64,000 nucleotides of DNA from Phycisphaerae bacterium. GTDB lineage: Bacteria; Planctomycetota; Phycisphaerae; UBA1845. The stretch spans positions 1,952,001-2,016,000 of the forward strand of contig CAXXGO010000006.1 of the NCBI GenBank assembly GCA_963666835.2. Reading direction: 5' to 3'. Below, piece by piece: positions 54,552 to 64,000 of the stretch (positions are counted from its first letter, which is position 1; each line of letters starts with the position of its first letter). Position numbers and translations under genes: made by a program. The notes beneath the pieces were generated by a model. The model was given only the letters and a program-made list of their open reading frames with translations, was not told the origin of the DNA and searched no databases.

Positions 54552-55256
54552 TTAGGAACCCGCGAAACGGAATCCGAGAAGTTCCTTACCTGGAGGTGCG
54601 CGAGGACGACTTGGGCTGAAAAGATGTAACAAAAACGCAGGTAGTTCCGATGGGATCAACCGGCCCGGAGACCGGGTCGATCGCGGCAAAACGCGAGGCC
54701 ACCCGTTGGGAGTACACGCGTCGCTGAGCATCGAAAGCAAAAGAGCGTTGACATACGCCACAATGAACGCCACGACGACGTAGCCGGCGAGGTAGCCCAT
54801 TGTGCGAACGATAAGTCCTTGCCCCTGGGTACCGGCGAGCAGCCCGTTACGCAGGCCGAGCGGCTGAAGAGCCAGTTCCACACCGATCCACCCGAGCCCC
54901 AGCAGCAACGGGCTGAAGCCCGCCCGCCGAGTGACAAACGACCCGGCAAAGGCGTACAAACCGGGGACCGCCGCCAGCAGCGCGAGGGTAGGTATCGAAG
55001 ACGTAAAGGAGGGGGCGCCGCCGAAAACGCCGAGGCTCAAACCCCAGAACGCACCCGCCAGCAGAGCCCGCCAAGGCGCCAGCACGCGAATAGCGTAGAA
55101 CAGGGGAATTAACGTAAACCAAGCCAGCCAGGAGGCTACCGGCGACTGCAAGGCAACGCCCATCAGCCACGCGCTACCCGCGAGAGCGATTCCGAACCCC
55201 GCCACTTTCGCGGCGTGTCCGACGAACCCCAACCTCTCAGGTGCCCTCGCGGCCAC
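54552..55256 (-). CDS. Membrane protein resembling the Lnt N-terminal domain only, with a C-terminal RAPP motif
   Basis: WLAWFTLIPLF, LLAGAFWG, WIGVELA, LAGTQ, AFIVAYVNALL match the Lnt membrane-domain pattern. No nitrilase domain. Ends SRPRAPP plus 12 aa. GAGG RBS and GTG start. Confidence 0.75.
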   Translation of the reverse strand: MAARAPERLGFVGHAAKVAGFGIALAGSAWLMGVALQSPVASWLAWFTLIPLFYAIRVLAPWRALLAGAFWGLSLGVFGGAPSFTSSIPTLALLAAVPGLYAFAGSFVTRRAGFSPLLLGLGWIGVELALQPLGLRNGLLAGTQGQGLIVRTMGYLAGYVVVAFIVAYVNALLLSMLSDACTPNGWPRVLPRSTRSPGRLIPSELPAFLLHLFSPSRPRAPPGKELLGFRFAGS

Positions 55257-56606
55257 AGCAACCTCGCTTTGTTGTCAAGGCTGCGACGGAAGTGAAAGAG
55301 CGAAGATCACCACGCTGGATGGTGACGCGCCAGACAAGTCCACCGTGATAGCGAGAGAACCCCGCTTTCATCCACGGTCATGCACCGAAGCCCGTTCGGA
55401 GCCGACCTGCCCGTGACGCAAACGCTCCGCAACCTCCGTTCAACAACCTCTCTCACCCGCGATGCCCGCCTGCCGGAAGAGATGATCGAAAACCTTCGAC
55501 CGGCGAACACCAACTCCAAACCGCTCACGGTGGGCGCATGCAAAACACACGCTCCGCAGCTACCGACCTGAGCACCAACGGCAACAAAGACCACCGCCGG
55601 ACCCTAAGCCGGTTCTACTCACCACCCCAGTTTGCGATTCACTCTTCGAAAGGGACCGTTTCTCATCCTCCGCAGCAACACCCGACCGGCGCCCGGTGCG
55701 ATTCCCGTCATAGACGGGACCGAACCAGAGACCCGCGACCGGCCCGGGCCTGCGAAACCCGGGCTTTTCTTCCCAGGTCTCTTGCGTACCTCAAACGGGT
55801 ACGAAATGTCGAACACGCGACCAAACCCGATTCGCCTAACATGCCCCCGGCAAAACGGATGTCCGCGGTCCGAACTCATCCTAACACCGCCTCTCGCATC
55901 TTACGGCCACGAAGACTGTGGCGGGACAAGCTGGCTCGAAAGCCATGCGTCGATGCGAGGGCAATTAACCCTCCAAAGACGTTAATCACGGTAAACACCC
56001 GTAGTAGCGTGCTAATCACCTATCTCACGCCGATAACGCCTTGTCAGCATCATAACGCAACTTCCGACAAAGATGCAAGAGAAAAATAAGCAAAGACCCG
56101 CCCTTATTGCTCGGTTTTTAGTTTAAAGATCACGCTAGCACTGTTCGTGGTTGGCGCGGCGGCGGGCTCGTAATAACGCGGATGGGCCCTATAAGAAGTC
56201 CGGTGTTAATCTGGGGGCTTTGTAGTGAATATGCGTGGCTTTGCCGGATTGAGCGTGTTGTTGATTAGATCCGGTGAGTAACAGGCGTGGAGAATCTGCG
56301 TTTGCCAATACTGAGCCGCCCGTTTTCGCGTTGGCGGGCTGGTATAACCTGTAGCTCTGCCCCCTGCGAACTGCTCGCCGCGGAGGTGGCGCAGGTAGGG
56401 CCGGCGGAAAAAGAAAAACCCGCCGCCAGCGTCATCTCTCAACCGATGCGTAGGTTGTGGATCAACTCACAAGTTACTCACAAGCCGGCGCGGGGGCAGT
56501 GCGTTGACGGTTGCCGATTACGCTTCTAACGTCTGCCCGTCAATGCTCATGCAGTGACATGTGAGTGTCATAAGAGAGTGGTGGAACGGGCGTCGGGAGG
56601 TATGCC

Positions 56607-57794
56607 ATGGGTTTTGCGAGCGGGACGGTTACATTTCGCCGGTATTCGATCTGCGGGGCGCATCCGGATTCCCTGTCCGAGGAGTGGCTTTCAGCCATCG
56701 CCGCACGGGCTTTCGGTCGGCAGCGCGAAGAGCAATCAGACGGGGTCGAGACCGGCTGGATTGTCCCGAACCACCTGTTTGACGTTGATTTCTCCAGTCC
56801 GGAACGGATTGAGTACGATTGCTTCGTTTACCTGGCGATGCGGATGGATCGAACCGCTCCGCCGGCTTCGATCGTACGTTCCTACCAGAGAATGGAGGAG
56901 GCGGCGGCTTTGGAGGCCTCGGGACGCGACTTTTTGAGCCGGACCGAGCGCCGCCTGGCCAAGGAGGCTGCCGTCGGCCGGGCAGAGAAGGAAGCTCGGG
57001 CGGGCATGTTCCGGCGTAGCTCGGCTTACCCGGTGCTTATTGATCTGCGAAACGGGGTGGTCTACTTCGGAAACCTGGGCAGCGCGGCCGGATCCCGGTT
57101 GCTAACGTTGTTCTCGGAGACCTTCGACACGACCTTGGCTTCGAACAGTGCTGAGGAGGCGGCTTATCGCATCGCGGACCGGAAGGGGTGGGTCAGAGCG
57201 TTTGAGGATTGCCAGCCATCCCATTTCGCTCCGGCCCCGATGTCGGGCGCGGATGACGGCTCAGCGGTCTTCCCGGGGGAGGATCGCAGCTTCCTGGGTC
57301 GCGAGTTTCTGGCCTGGGTCTGGTTTCGGACGGAGCGGAGAGAGGGGCTGTTCGAGCTTCCGAATGGCGAGGGGGTTACGGTTGCGATCGACCGGGCGAT
57401 GCACTTGGTCTGCAGCTACGACCTGACGGGGACTGACACCATAAGGTGCGATGTGCCGGGCAGTTCGCCGGAGGCGCGAGCGGCGCTGCAGATCGGCAAG
57501 GTGCCTACCAAGATGGGGTTGCTGATTGGATCAGCGGCCCAGGAGTGGGCTCTTACCCTTGATGGTCCGGGGCTTGGGGTGTCCGGGTTGCGGTTGGAGA
57601 AACCCGAAGAGGACGATCCCCGGGCGCAACTGGGAGAACGGTTTGGGCAGATCTGTGGGTTTGGGATGGTCCTGGACGGTTTGTTCGAGGTCTTCTTGCG
57701 GGAGCGCTTGCAGGACGAATGGCGGCAAGCGTCGGCGGCCATGAGCTGTTGGGCTGCCGGTGATAAGATCCAGGCACAACGAGCCACTGCGTGA
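56607..57794 (+). CDS. RdgC-like recombination-associated protein
   Basis: MGFASGTVTFRRY, ETGW, MRMDR..PP, LFSETF, FLGREFLAWVW, PEARAALQIGK; GGAGG RBS. Confidence 0.7.
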   Translation: MGFASGTVTFRRYSICGAHPDSLSEEWLSAIAARAFGRQREEQSDGVETGWIVPNHLFDVDFSSPERIEYDCFVYLAMRMDRTAPPASIVRSYQRMEEAAALEASGRDFLSRTERRLAKEAAVGRAEKEARAGMFRRSSAYPVLIDLRNGVVYFGNLGSAAGSRLLTLFSETFDTTLASNSAEEAAYRIADRKGWVRAFEDCQPSHFAPAPMSGADDGSAVFPGEDRSFLGREFLAWVWFRTERREGLFELPNGEGVTVAIDRAMHLVCSYDLTGTDTIRCDVPGSSPEARAALQIGKVPTKMGLLIGSAAQEWALTLDGPGLGVSGLRLEKPEEDDPRAQLGERFGQICGFGMVLDGLFEVFLRERLQDEWRQASAAMSCWAAGDKIQAQRATA

Positions 57795-57822
57795 CGGCGG
57801 CGCTGCGTGGCGGAGGGCGGCA

Positions 57823-58302
57823 ATGGCGGCTGATGGGGGGCGGCATATCCCGGTTGCATCGTTGCGGGCCTCTTCTCATCGCGAGGAGGTAATTGCGGCA
57901 CTTCGGACGTTCTACGCCGAAGCGGACGAGGGCATCCGTGGTTACGGAGCGGTTTGTCATAACCGGGGTCAGTGTTGCCGCTTCGGGCAGTATGGGCACC
58001 GGCTCTACGTTACGGCGCTGGAAGTGTGCTATTATCTTTCGGGCGAAGTTCCCGCGGTTTCGTTTATCGGGGACGTGTGCCCGCACGCTTACGACGGTAA
58101 GTGCCACATACGTGACAGACGCCCGCTCGGATGCCGGATCTTCTACTGTGATCCGCGGGCGCAGGGTTGGCAGGGCCCTTTTTCGGAGCTGCTCCTTGCG
58201 CGCCTGCGGAGTATGCACGAAGGGCTCGGCGTTCCCTACTTCTACGCAGATTGGATGACGATCCTGCGCGCTATTCACCGTAAGGTCGGGCAAGCCGAGT
58301 AA
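57823..58302 (+). CDS. YkgJ-like Zn/Fe-chelating Cys-cluster protein
   Basis: CHNRGQCC, CP....GKCHI...RPLGCRIFYC. Confidence 0.8.
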   Translation: MAADGGRHIPVASLRASSHREEVIAALRTFYAEADEGIRGYGAVCHNRGQCCRFGQYGHRLYVTALEVCYYLSGEVPAVSFIGDVCPHAYDGKCHIRDRRPLGCRIFYCDPRAQGWQGPFSELLLARLRSMHEGLGVPYFYADWMTILRAIHRKVGQAE

Positions 58303-59203
58303 CGGGGTCGCCTTACGCGGCGTGGTCGGGAATCGGGTGGGCGGACCGGCGGTTTCAGGGTGCCGGTGCGGTGCTGCCGCCCCGGGTGAAGGTCCGGTTA
58401 TCACGGGCTTTCGTTGTAGCTTGAACCACTAACGAGACGCCGGCGGAGTCGGGTCGTGTTTGGGCGACCTTTCCGGCATCGACATGTTGCGTTGGCAACC
58501 CTGGGAGGCCGGGGAATAGCCCTTATTGCCGGGCTACAAATTAATACACGGCGAGGGAACCACCCTGTGGCATCCATGATATCCTGCATATACAGGGTTA
58601 AACGCCGGTGGCGGGTGCGTGGCATCGCGGTGGGGCTGTGGGCGATTCTCCACCGTTTTGCAAGATCATTCTGTTTTTCTCTTGACGTAGTTTGCCGGAT
58701 CCGGTATTCATAAACCGTCCAGTACGGGGTAAAGAGTGAAAACCACACCATACTGGTACATCTGTTGAGACCAATCGTAGCGCGAAGCGTGCTGCAGCGT
58801 TGGTCACTGTCGTGTTCCTTTTGCCATGTTGTAGGGGGTTGGCAAGAGGATGGGGTTTTGACGTGTCGCCTAACGGGACGCGGATGACGGTTTATGGTGC
58901 CGCGGTTGCGGCAGTAGTCGTCAGCTAGTTTTAGAGCACGGTTAGACAACCAATAGGTACGCAGCGTGGGGCTGTGTGCGCCGGCGGTACGTCCGTTGAT
59001 TCCAGTGGTCGGTTCCGGCGGGGCAGCCTATCGGTTGCTGTTGCGCTGAGCAGGGGAAGCTGTGCGGACGGTACGGCGCTCCTGTGACGGGCTGCGCTTG
59101 TTCTGCGCCGTCTGGCCGCAACGGACAGGCGGGTCGCGTCCTCTGGATGGGGGCGTTCTCGAGGTTGGTATGGATAGGTCCAGACAGCAGGAGGTACGGA
59201 AAC

Positions 59204-62200
59204 ATGAAGGGTAGAGTTGGTCGTGGTTGGTGGGCTCTTGGCGGAGTTCTGGTCGTGGGCCTGATGGTCTTCGGCTTGAACCTGCAAGGGGCGCCGGCGG
59301 AAGACGGGGCTTTTGTTGACGTAGGTATCGCGGATCAGGTGGGCGACGTTGACGAGGCGACGTCTGTTTCGAGGCAGTCGGCGGCGCGGCTGTTGGCACC
59401 GCAGAAGACCGGCGGACTTCGCTTCGCGCGGTTGAAGTCCGCGGAGCCGGTTGCAGCGTTCGGCGGCATCGGTGGCATCGCGGATGTGGGGGATCCCTGC
59501 GACTGCGATGCGGATTGTGCGGTCGAAGGCCTGCAGGATCAATGCCTGAAGGCGGAGTGCGTGGACGGCGCCTGTGAGCACAACTGGTTGGATGTCGGAG
59601 ACCGTTGCGATGTCGACGGTAATTACTGCACGAGCGATGCATGTGCGCACTCCGGCGTGAGCCTGTGCGTCGGCGGCACGAATGCCGGCGGCGTGTGCAC
59701 CGGCGCGGCGGATTGCCCGGGGGGCTACTGCGGTGACGAAGTCGTATGTATGGCGCGGGCTGACGGCGCGGGCGGAAACCTGTCGCCGTGCGCCAAGGAG
59801 TGTGTGGGCGGTACCGAGAACGGTCTGTGGTGCTACGAAGCGGGTGATTGCCCCGGTGGCGCGTGTATGCCGAAGACGGGCGTGACCTGCGATGAGTCGG
59901 AGGACTGGTGCGAGCTGTCGAGCGGGCTGGGGCGCTGCTGCGATTCCAGCGGCGGATGCACGCACACTACCGAGGTCAATTGCACGGGCGGAACGTGGCT
60001 CCGGGTTTCCGACCCGGATGATCTGGGACATTGTTGGTGCCCGGCTTACAGTAGTGGTATTGCTCCTCGGGGAGATATCCTGACGGTCGTCGAGACGATC
60101 ATCCCTTCGTGGAAAGTCTGCGAGCACAACGAGAACCTGTGCGAGGGGGATGGCACGGCGGATTGCCACGGCTACTGCAACGTTTCGGAAGAGCTTTGCG
60201 ATACGAATGACGATTGCCCGGCCGGCGAAACATGTCTTGCGGATGCCTGTATTGATGACGTTGAGGCTTGCGATGATGGGTTCCTCTATCTGGGTGACGA
60301 CTACTCGCTGGCGGCAGGTACCGGACCTATTCGCCTCAACGAGTTCCGCTTCCGGGGTGGTATCCAGAACCGCGGCGAGGCGATCGTGGTGTCCTTCTAT
60401 ACGATGGAAGGCCTGTTCGTAGACTCGTTTGGGATGCTGATTCCGGAATCCGGCGCCCACTACTGGACCTATGAGGTCGATTGCTATCCGGACTGTGATA
60501 ACAATACGGATAACGCCGACTTCCCGGAGGATCCGCCGGTGATCATTCCGGAGAGCGGCTACGTTGTTTTCAGTAGCTGGCGGCACGAGGCCAACTGGAC
60601 CAATGCGCACTGGGCCTCGACGGATACGGTCGACTTCGGCACCAACGACCCGGATCTCCTATGGTACGAGACGAAGGTGGACGGCAAGCACACGGACGAC
60701 TATCCGGGTACTACGCCGGACGTCATGATCTTCGAGTTGGTCGGTCAGCCGCTGGGAACGAACGACGAGCCGAACGGCGCTTGCTGCACGGTTGACACCG
60801 GCGTTGGGGTTTGCGATGACACTCCGCGATGGGAGTGTGGCTTCTGCGAAAAAGACCCGGCTGTGGCGTGCTCCACGAGTCGCGATTGTTCGGCTGACGA
60901 CTTCTGCAGCTTCCGGAACTGGTTCGGTCCGGTGGCCCATGAAGATTACACCGGACACACCGGGATACTCTGTGATGGGAACGCGCCCTGCGATACGGGG
61001 GCCTGCTGCGCTGACGACGGCACTTGCACCCCGGACTCGAACCCGGGTGCTTGCGACTCGGCAGGTGGTACGTTCCTCGGTTTCGCAACGAGTTGTGATC
61101 CCAACTGTTGCCCGCCGCCGGACACGGAGACCGGTGCGGATGCGGCTTGCGACATCTACCAGTGCCATGATGGGACTGATTGGGTAGATCCGTATGACAT
61201 GTGCGGATCGAGCGACCCGGATGATCCGGACTGCGATACGGCGGCCGGCGAAACCTGTATGCTGCGCGCTTCCGGTCCGACGGCCTATACGATCAACATT
61301 CCGGCGCTGGGTAGTCCGTCGAACGCGATCACCTTCATGGGTGACAGCAGCGGTCACGAGCCGTATTTCGGGCTGGTGGACGGCGACGACTGCAACCTTG
61401 GTGAGCTTCATGACGTAGGTTGGTACGAGGCGATCGAGATTGTCAATCCGGATCCGATGAACCCGCTGATCTTCGACTGTGCGGTCGTGACGGTGGACTA
61501 CTGCTGCAACGACCCGATGCTCGATCTCGTTTATATCGTCCTGAAGGACTGCTGCCCGTGTCCGGGTGGTGGCTGCTGGGTAACGTTGGACCTGGACCAG
61601 GCCGGCGTCACCAGGGGCGGGTTCGGACCGGGTTGCGGAGCCGAGCACTGCTGCCAGGACGGTAACTTCGCAGGGACGTTTACGGTTCCCCCGGGACGCT
61701 ACGCTGTTCAGATTGATGCCTCCAACGTTTGTGAGTTCACCAGCAATTCCTGCGTGGACGACGACGATTGCCGGCCCGGCCAGCCTTGTATCGACAAGCG
61801 CGGTCCTTATACCGGTCATGTGACGGTTGGGCCTTGCTCGCCGGCGGCATGCTGCGTGAATCGGTGTGTGGGTGGCGCGAACGACGGCGCGGTTTGCGAA
61901 GGCGACACGGATTGTCCGGATGGTGCCTGCAATAACGTTTGCGAGGTTGTCCCCGGGATCATCTGCGAGGAGAACGGTGGAGATTGGCTCGGTTACGGTG
62001 ATCCGGTCACTCCGACCTGTGCTGCAAGTCCGTGTTCGCAGGGTTCGTGCTGCACCGGCGGCGGCGTTTGCGAAGACGGTGCTGCTTACGACACTGAGGC
62101 CGAGTGCGAAGCTGCCGGCGGTGTCTATCACGGACATCTGGTGTGTGATGACGGTCCTTGTGCGACGTGCTCGTTCGAGAGTTCGACGAACTGCAAGGAA

Positions 62201-63937
62201 GACGACGACGATGGGAGCATCTACGTCAGCGACCGTAGTCCCGGTGTAGAAATACGGATCGCGGATGACTTCCGTCCGGCCGGTACCCAAATCGGGGAAA
62301 TCTGTTGGACGGGGGCGTTCTACGGCAGCAATGAGGACGGAACGCAGTTCGAGTGCGCCGACAATCCGCCGCCGGATAGCTGGCAGGTGCGGTTCTTCGA
62401 GGATTCCAATGGAGTCCCCGGAACCGAGCTGGCTCCGGTGGGCGGCCAGATCGTGACGATCATTGCGTCTTCGGCCGATGGCGGTACCAGCCGGTTGTGG
62501 CGGTACATGGGCGGATTGCCCCAGGCCGTATTCGTAACGCCGGGAGACTGCTACTGGATCGAAATCACCGGTCTGGGTGAAGGCGAGTACGGTTGCCATA
62601 CCTATTGGGCGACGGCTCTCGAAGGCAATGATCACAGTATGCGGGATATGGCAGATCCGGGTGTCTATGGTCCGGAGGACGCTAATAACGTCGACTTCCA
62701 TTTCTGCGTCGACACCGGCCTGCAGGGCACGGAAGACTGCGGTGACGTCCGAGCGGCATGTTGCACATGCCCGGGCATCTGCGTGGATGATCAGACTGCT
62801 GCCCAATGTACGGCGCAGGATGGTGTCTGGCGATTGGGTATGACGTGCTTGGACACGCCGGCCTGTCCCGGACCGCCCGTCAACGACGACTGTGCCGACG
62901 CGATCGAGGTGGAGCATGCCGCGATCGACTCCCCGCCGTTTATCGTTGACTTCGAGAATGTCTGCGCGGAACGGCACGGCGGTCCGGCTACCGAGTGTGC
63001 CAATTATGACGGTGACCTCAAGCACGATGTCTGGTACGTCTACACCGCACCGGGCACCGGTGAACTCAAGGTCTCGGCATGTGATCTGTTGGTGTGGGAT
63101 ACCATGATGGCGGCTTACCCGGGCGGTGTTGATGCCTGTGTGCCGACCATCGATGACGAGTTGACCTGCGGTGACGAGGATTGTGACGACTTCGGTCCGT
63201 CCGAGATCACGCTGAGAGTTCTCGCCGGGCAGGAGTACCTCATTCGGATCGGTGGATGGCGAACGCCGATGTACCAGATCAACCCGCGCGGTTGGGGGCA
63301 GTTGGAATTCACGTATACCGACAACCCGCCGTCAGTTGAGCCGCCGATTGCGGCGCCTTCCCCCGAGGGTGGCCCGAAGAACCGGTACATCTCGATCAGG
63401 TCGGCGAATGTCGGTACGCCAGTTGCGTTGCAGGTGATCGTAGCGTCCAGCCAGTACTTCCCGGATTCGGTCGGCGAGACCAAGTATGTCGGTGCCCAGA
63501 CGGCTAGCGGTTACTATCCGCTGATTGACATTCCGCTGGTACAGGTCTGGCCGGAAGAGGATCTGCACATCTTCGATTGCATGATCCACCCGGTCGCTAC
63601 CTTCGAGGTGCGGGCCGGTGACGGAGCCGGTACCTGGTCCGATCCGCTGACTATCGGCACGATTACCAAGCCTGGTGGGAAGAATCACGGCGACATCGTC
63701 GGGTCCTTCACTGGTACGTGGCAGCCGCCGGAAGGCAACATGAGTATGAACGACCTGATGGCCGCGCTGCAGGCGTTCGGTAATGCCGCGACGGCTCCGC
63801 CGAAGCACTGGGCGGACGTACATGATGACGGCCCGAACCAGTTGGTGAATATGTCGGACGTTCTGTTGTTGGTGAACGCGTTCGGTGGTTCTGCGTATCC
63901 GTACAATCCGGGTACCGCGGCCGTACCGTGTAGCTGA
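59204..63937 (+). CDS. Very large secreted Cys/Asp-rich protein with a C-terminal dockerin-like domain
   Basis: AGGAGG RBS; signal peptide; repeated CVGG.N.G..C....DCP.G and GACC modules; PVNDDCADA; KNRYIS; twin GD..D/AD..D EF-hand-like end. Confidence 0.85.
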   Translation: MKGRVGRGWWALGGVLVVGLMVFGLNLQGAPAEDGAFVDVGIADQVGDVDEATSVSRQSAARLLAPQKTGGLRFARLKSAEPVAAFGGIGGIADVGDPCDCDADCAVEGLQDQCLKAECVDGACEHNWLDVGDRCDVDGNYCTSDACAHSGVSLCVGGTNAGGVCTGAADCPGGYCGDEVVCMARADGAGGNLSPCAKECVGGTENGLWCYEAGDCPGGACMPKTGVTCDESEDWCELSSGLGRCCDSSGGCTHTTEVNCTGGTWLRVSDPDDLGHCWCPAYSSGIAPRGDILTVVETIIPSWKVCEHNENLCEGDGTADCHGYCNVSEELCDTNDDCPAGETCLADACIDDVEACDDGFLYLGDDYSLAAGTGPIRLNEFRFRGGIQNRGEAIVVSFYTMEGLFVDSFGMLIPESGAHYWTYEVDCYPDCDNNTDNADFPEDPPVIIPESGYVVFSSWRHEANWTNAHWASTDTVDFGTNDPDLLWYETKVDGKHTDDYPGTTPDVMIFELVGQPLGTNDEPNGACCTVDTGVGVCDDTPRWECGFCEKDPAVACSTSRDCSADDFCSFRNWFGPVAHEDYTGHTGILCDGNAPCDTGACCADDGTCTPDSNPGACDSAGGTFLGFATSCDPNCCPPPDTETGADAACDIYQCHDGTDWVDPYDMCGSSDPDDPDCDTAAGETCMLRASGPTAYTINIPALGSPSNAITFMGDSSGHEPYFGLVDGDDCNLGELHDVGWYEAIEIVNPDPMNPLIFDCAVVTVDYCCNDPMLDLVYIVLKDCCPCPGGGCWVTLDLDQAGVTRGGFGPGCGAEHCCQDGNFAGTFTVPPGRYAVQIDASNVCEFTSNSCVDDDDCRPGQPCIDKRGPYTGHVTVGPCSPAACCVNRCVGGANDGAVCEGDTDCPDGACNNVCEVVPGIICEENGGDWLGYGDPVTPTCAASPCSQGSCCTGGGVCEDGAAYDTEAECEAAGGVYHGHLVCDDGPCATCSFESSTNCKEDDDDGSIYVSDRSPGVEIRIADDFRPAGTQIGEICWTGAFYGSNEDGTQFECADNPPPDSWQVRFFEDSNGVPGTELAPVGGQIVTIIASSADGGTSRLWRYMGGLPQAVFVTPGDCYWIEITGLGEGEYGCHTYWATALEGNDHSMRDMADPGVYGPEDANNVDFHFCVDTGLQGTEDCGDVRAACCTCPGICVDDQTAAQCTAQDGVWRLGMTCLDTPACPGPPVNDDCADAIEVEHAAIDSPPFIVDFENVCAERHGGPATECANYDGDLKHDVWYVYTAPGTGELKVSACDLLVWDTMMAAYPGGVDACVPTIDDELTCGDEDCDDFGPSEITLRVLAGQEYLIRIGGWRTPMYQINPRGWGQLEFTYTDNPPSVEPPIAAPSPEGGPKNRYISIRSANVGTPVALQVIVASSQYFPDSVGETKYVGAQTASGYYPLIDIPLVQVWPEEDLHIFDCMIHPVATFEVRAGDGAGTWSDPLTIGTITKPGGKNHGDIVGSFTGTWQPPEGNMSMNDLMAALQAFGNAATAPPKHWADVHDDGPNQLVNMSDVLLLVNAFGGSAYPYNPGTAAVPCS

Positions 63938-63962
63938 TTAGGTTGATTGACTGAGACCCGCC

Positions 63963-63997
63963 GGGGGGGGGTGGGCTGCAATGGCCCATCCCTCCCC
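63963..63997 (+). terminator. Probable terminator hairpin (tail cut off by the window edge)
   Basis: G-run GTGGGC / GCCCATCCCTCCCC about 25 bp after the stop. Confidence 0.5.
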
Positions 63998-64000
63998 GAA

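Noticed and set aside
54552..55256. Calling this gene lnt
   Set aside because: It lacks the nitrilase domain with the Glu-Lys-Cys triad, and no continuation is visible in another frame.
56455..56483. DnaA-box-like words (TGTGGATCA, TTACTCACA) suggesting oriC
   Set aside because: Only two or three mismatched boxes, and no dnaA/dnaN context.
58931..63025. 559-aa and 788-aa minus-strand ORFs
   Set aside because: Antisense shadows of the giant Cys-rich gene.

Overview
A 64-kb GC-rich bacterial chromosomal segment. Gene content suggests a planctomycete, probably Phycisphaerae (inference from the large Cys/Asp-rich secreted proteins with dockerin-like ends, zf-HC2 Ser/Thr kinase, IPTL-CTERM protein and PQQ beta-propeller). 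It carries glycogen genes (glgB, malQ), cysK, birA, a three-gene phosphorelay/c-di-GMP cluster, a four-gene ABC transporter behind a sigma54-type promoter, a secretin plus TPR lipoprotein, an orphan RND adaptor, several lipoproteins, a giant pseudokinase-PKD-FGE membrane protein, an RdgC-like gene and two very large Cys-rich surface proteins. Several intergenic regions are mosaics of REP/REPIN-like palindromes. I saw no transposase, tRNA, rRNA or CRISPR array. The best candidate for an undescribed system is at 52.4-55.3 kb: a multi-pass membrane protein resembling only the N-terminal membrane domain of apolipoprotein N-acyltransferase, ending in a RAPP ribosome-arrest motif, directly upstream of an IPTL-CTERM surface protein. 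All family calls are by motif recognition and were not checked by database search. Several start codons were moved from the ORF track using RBS evidence.
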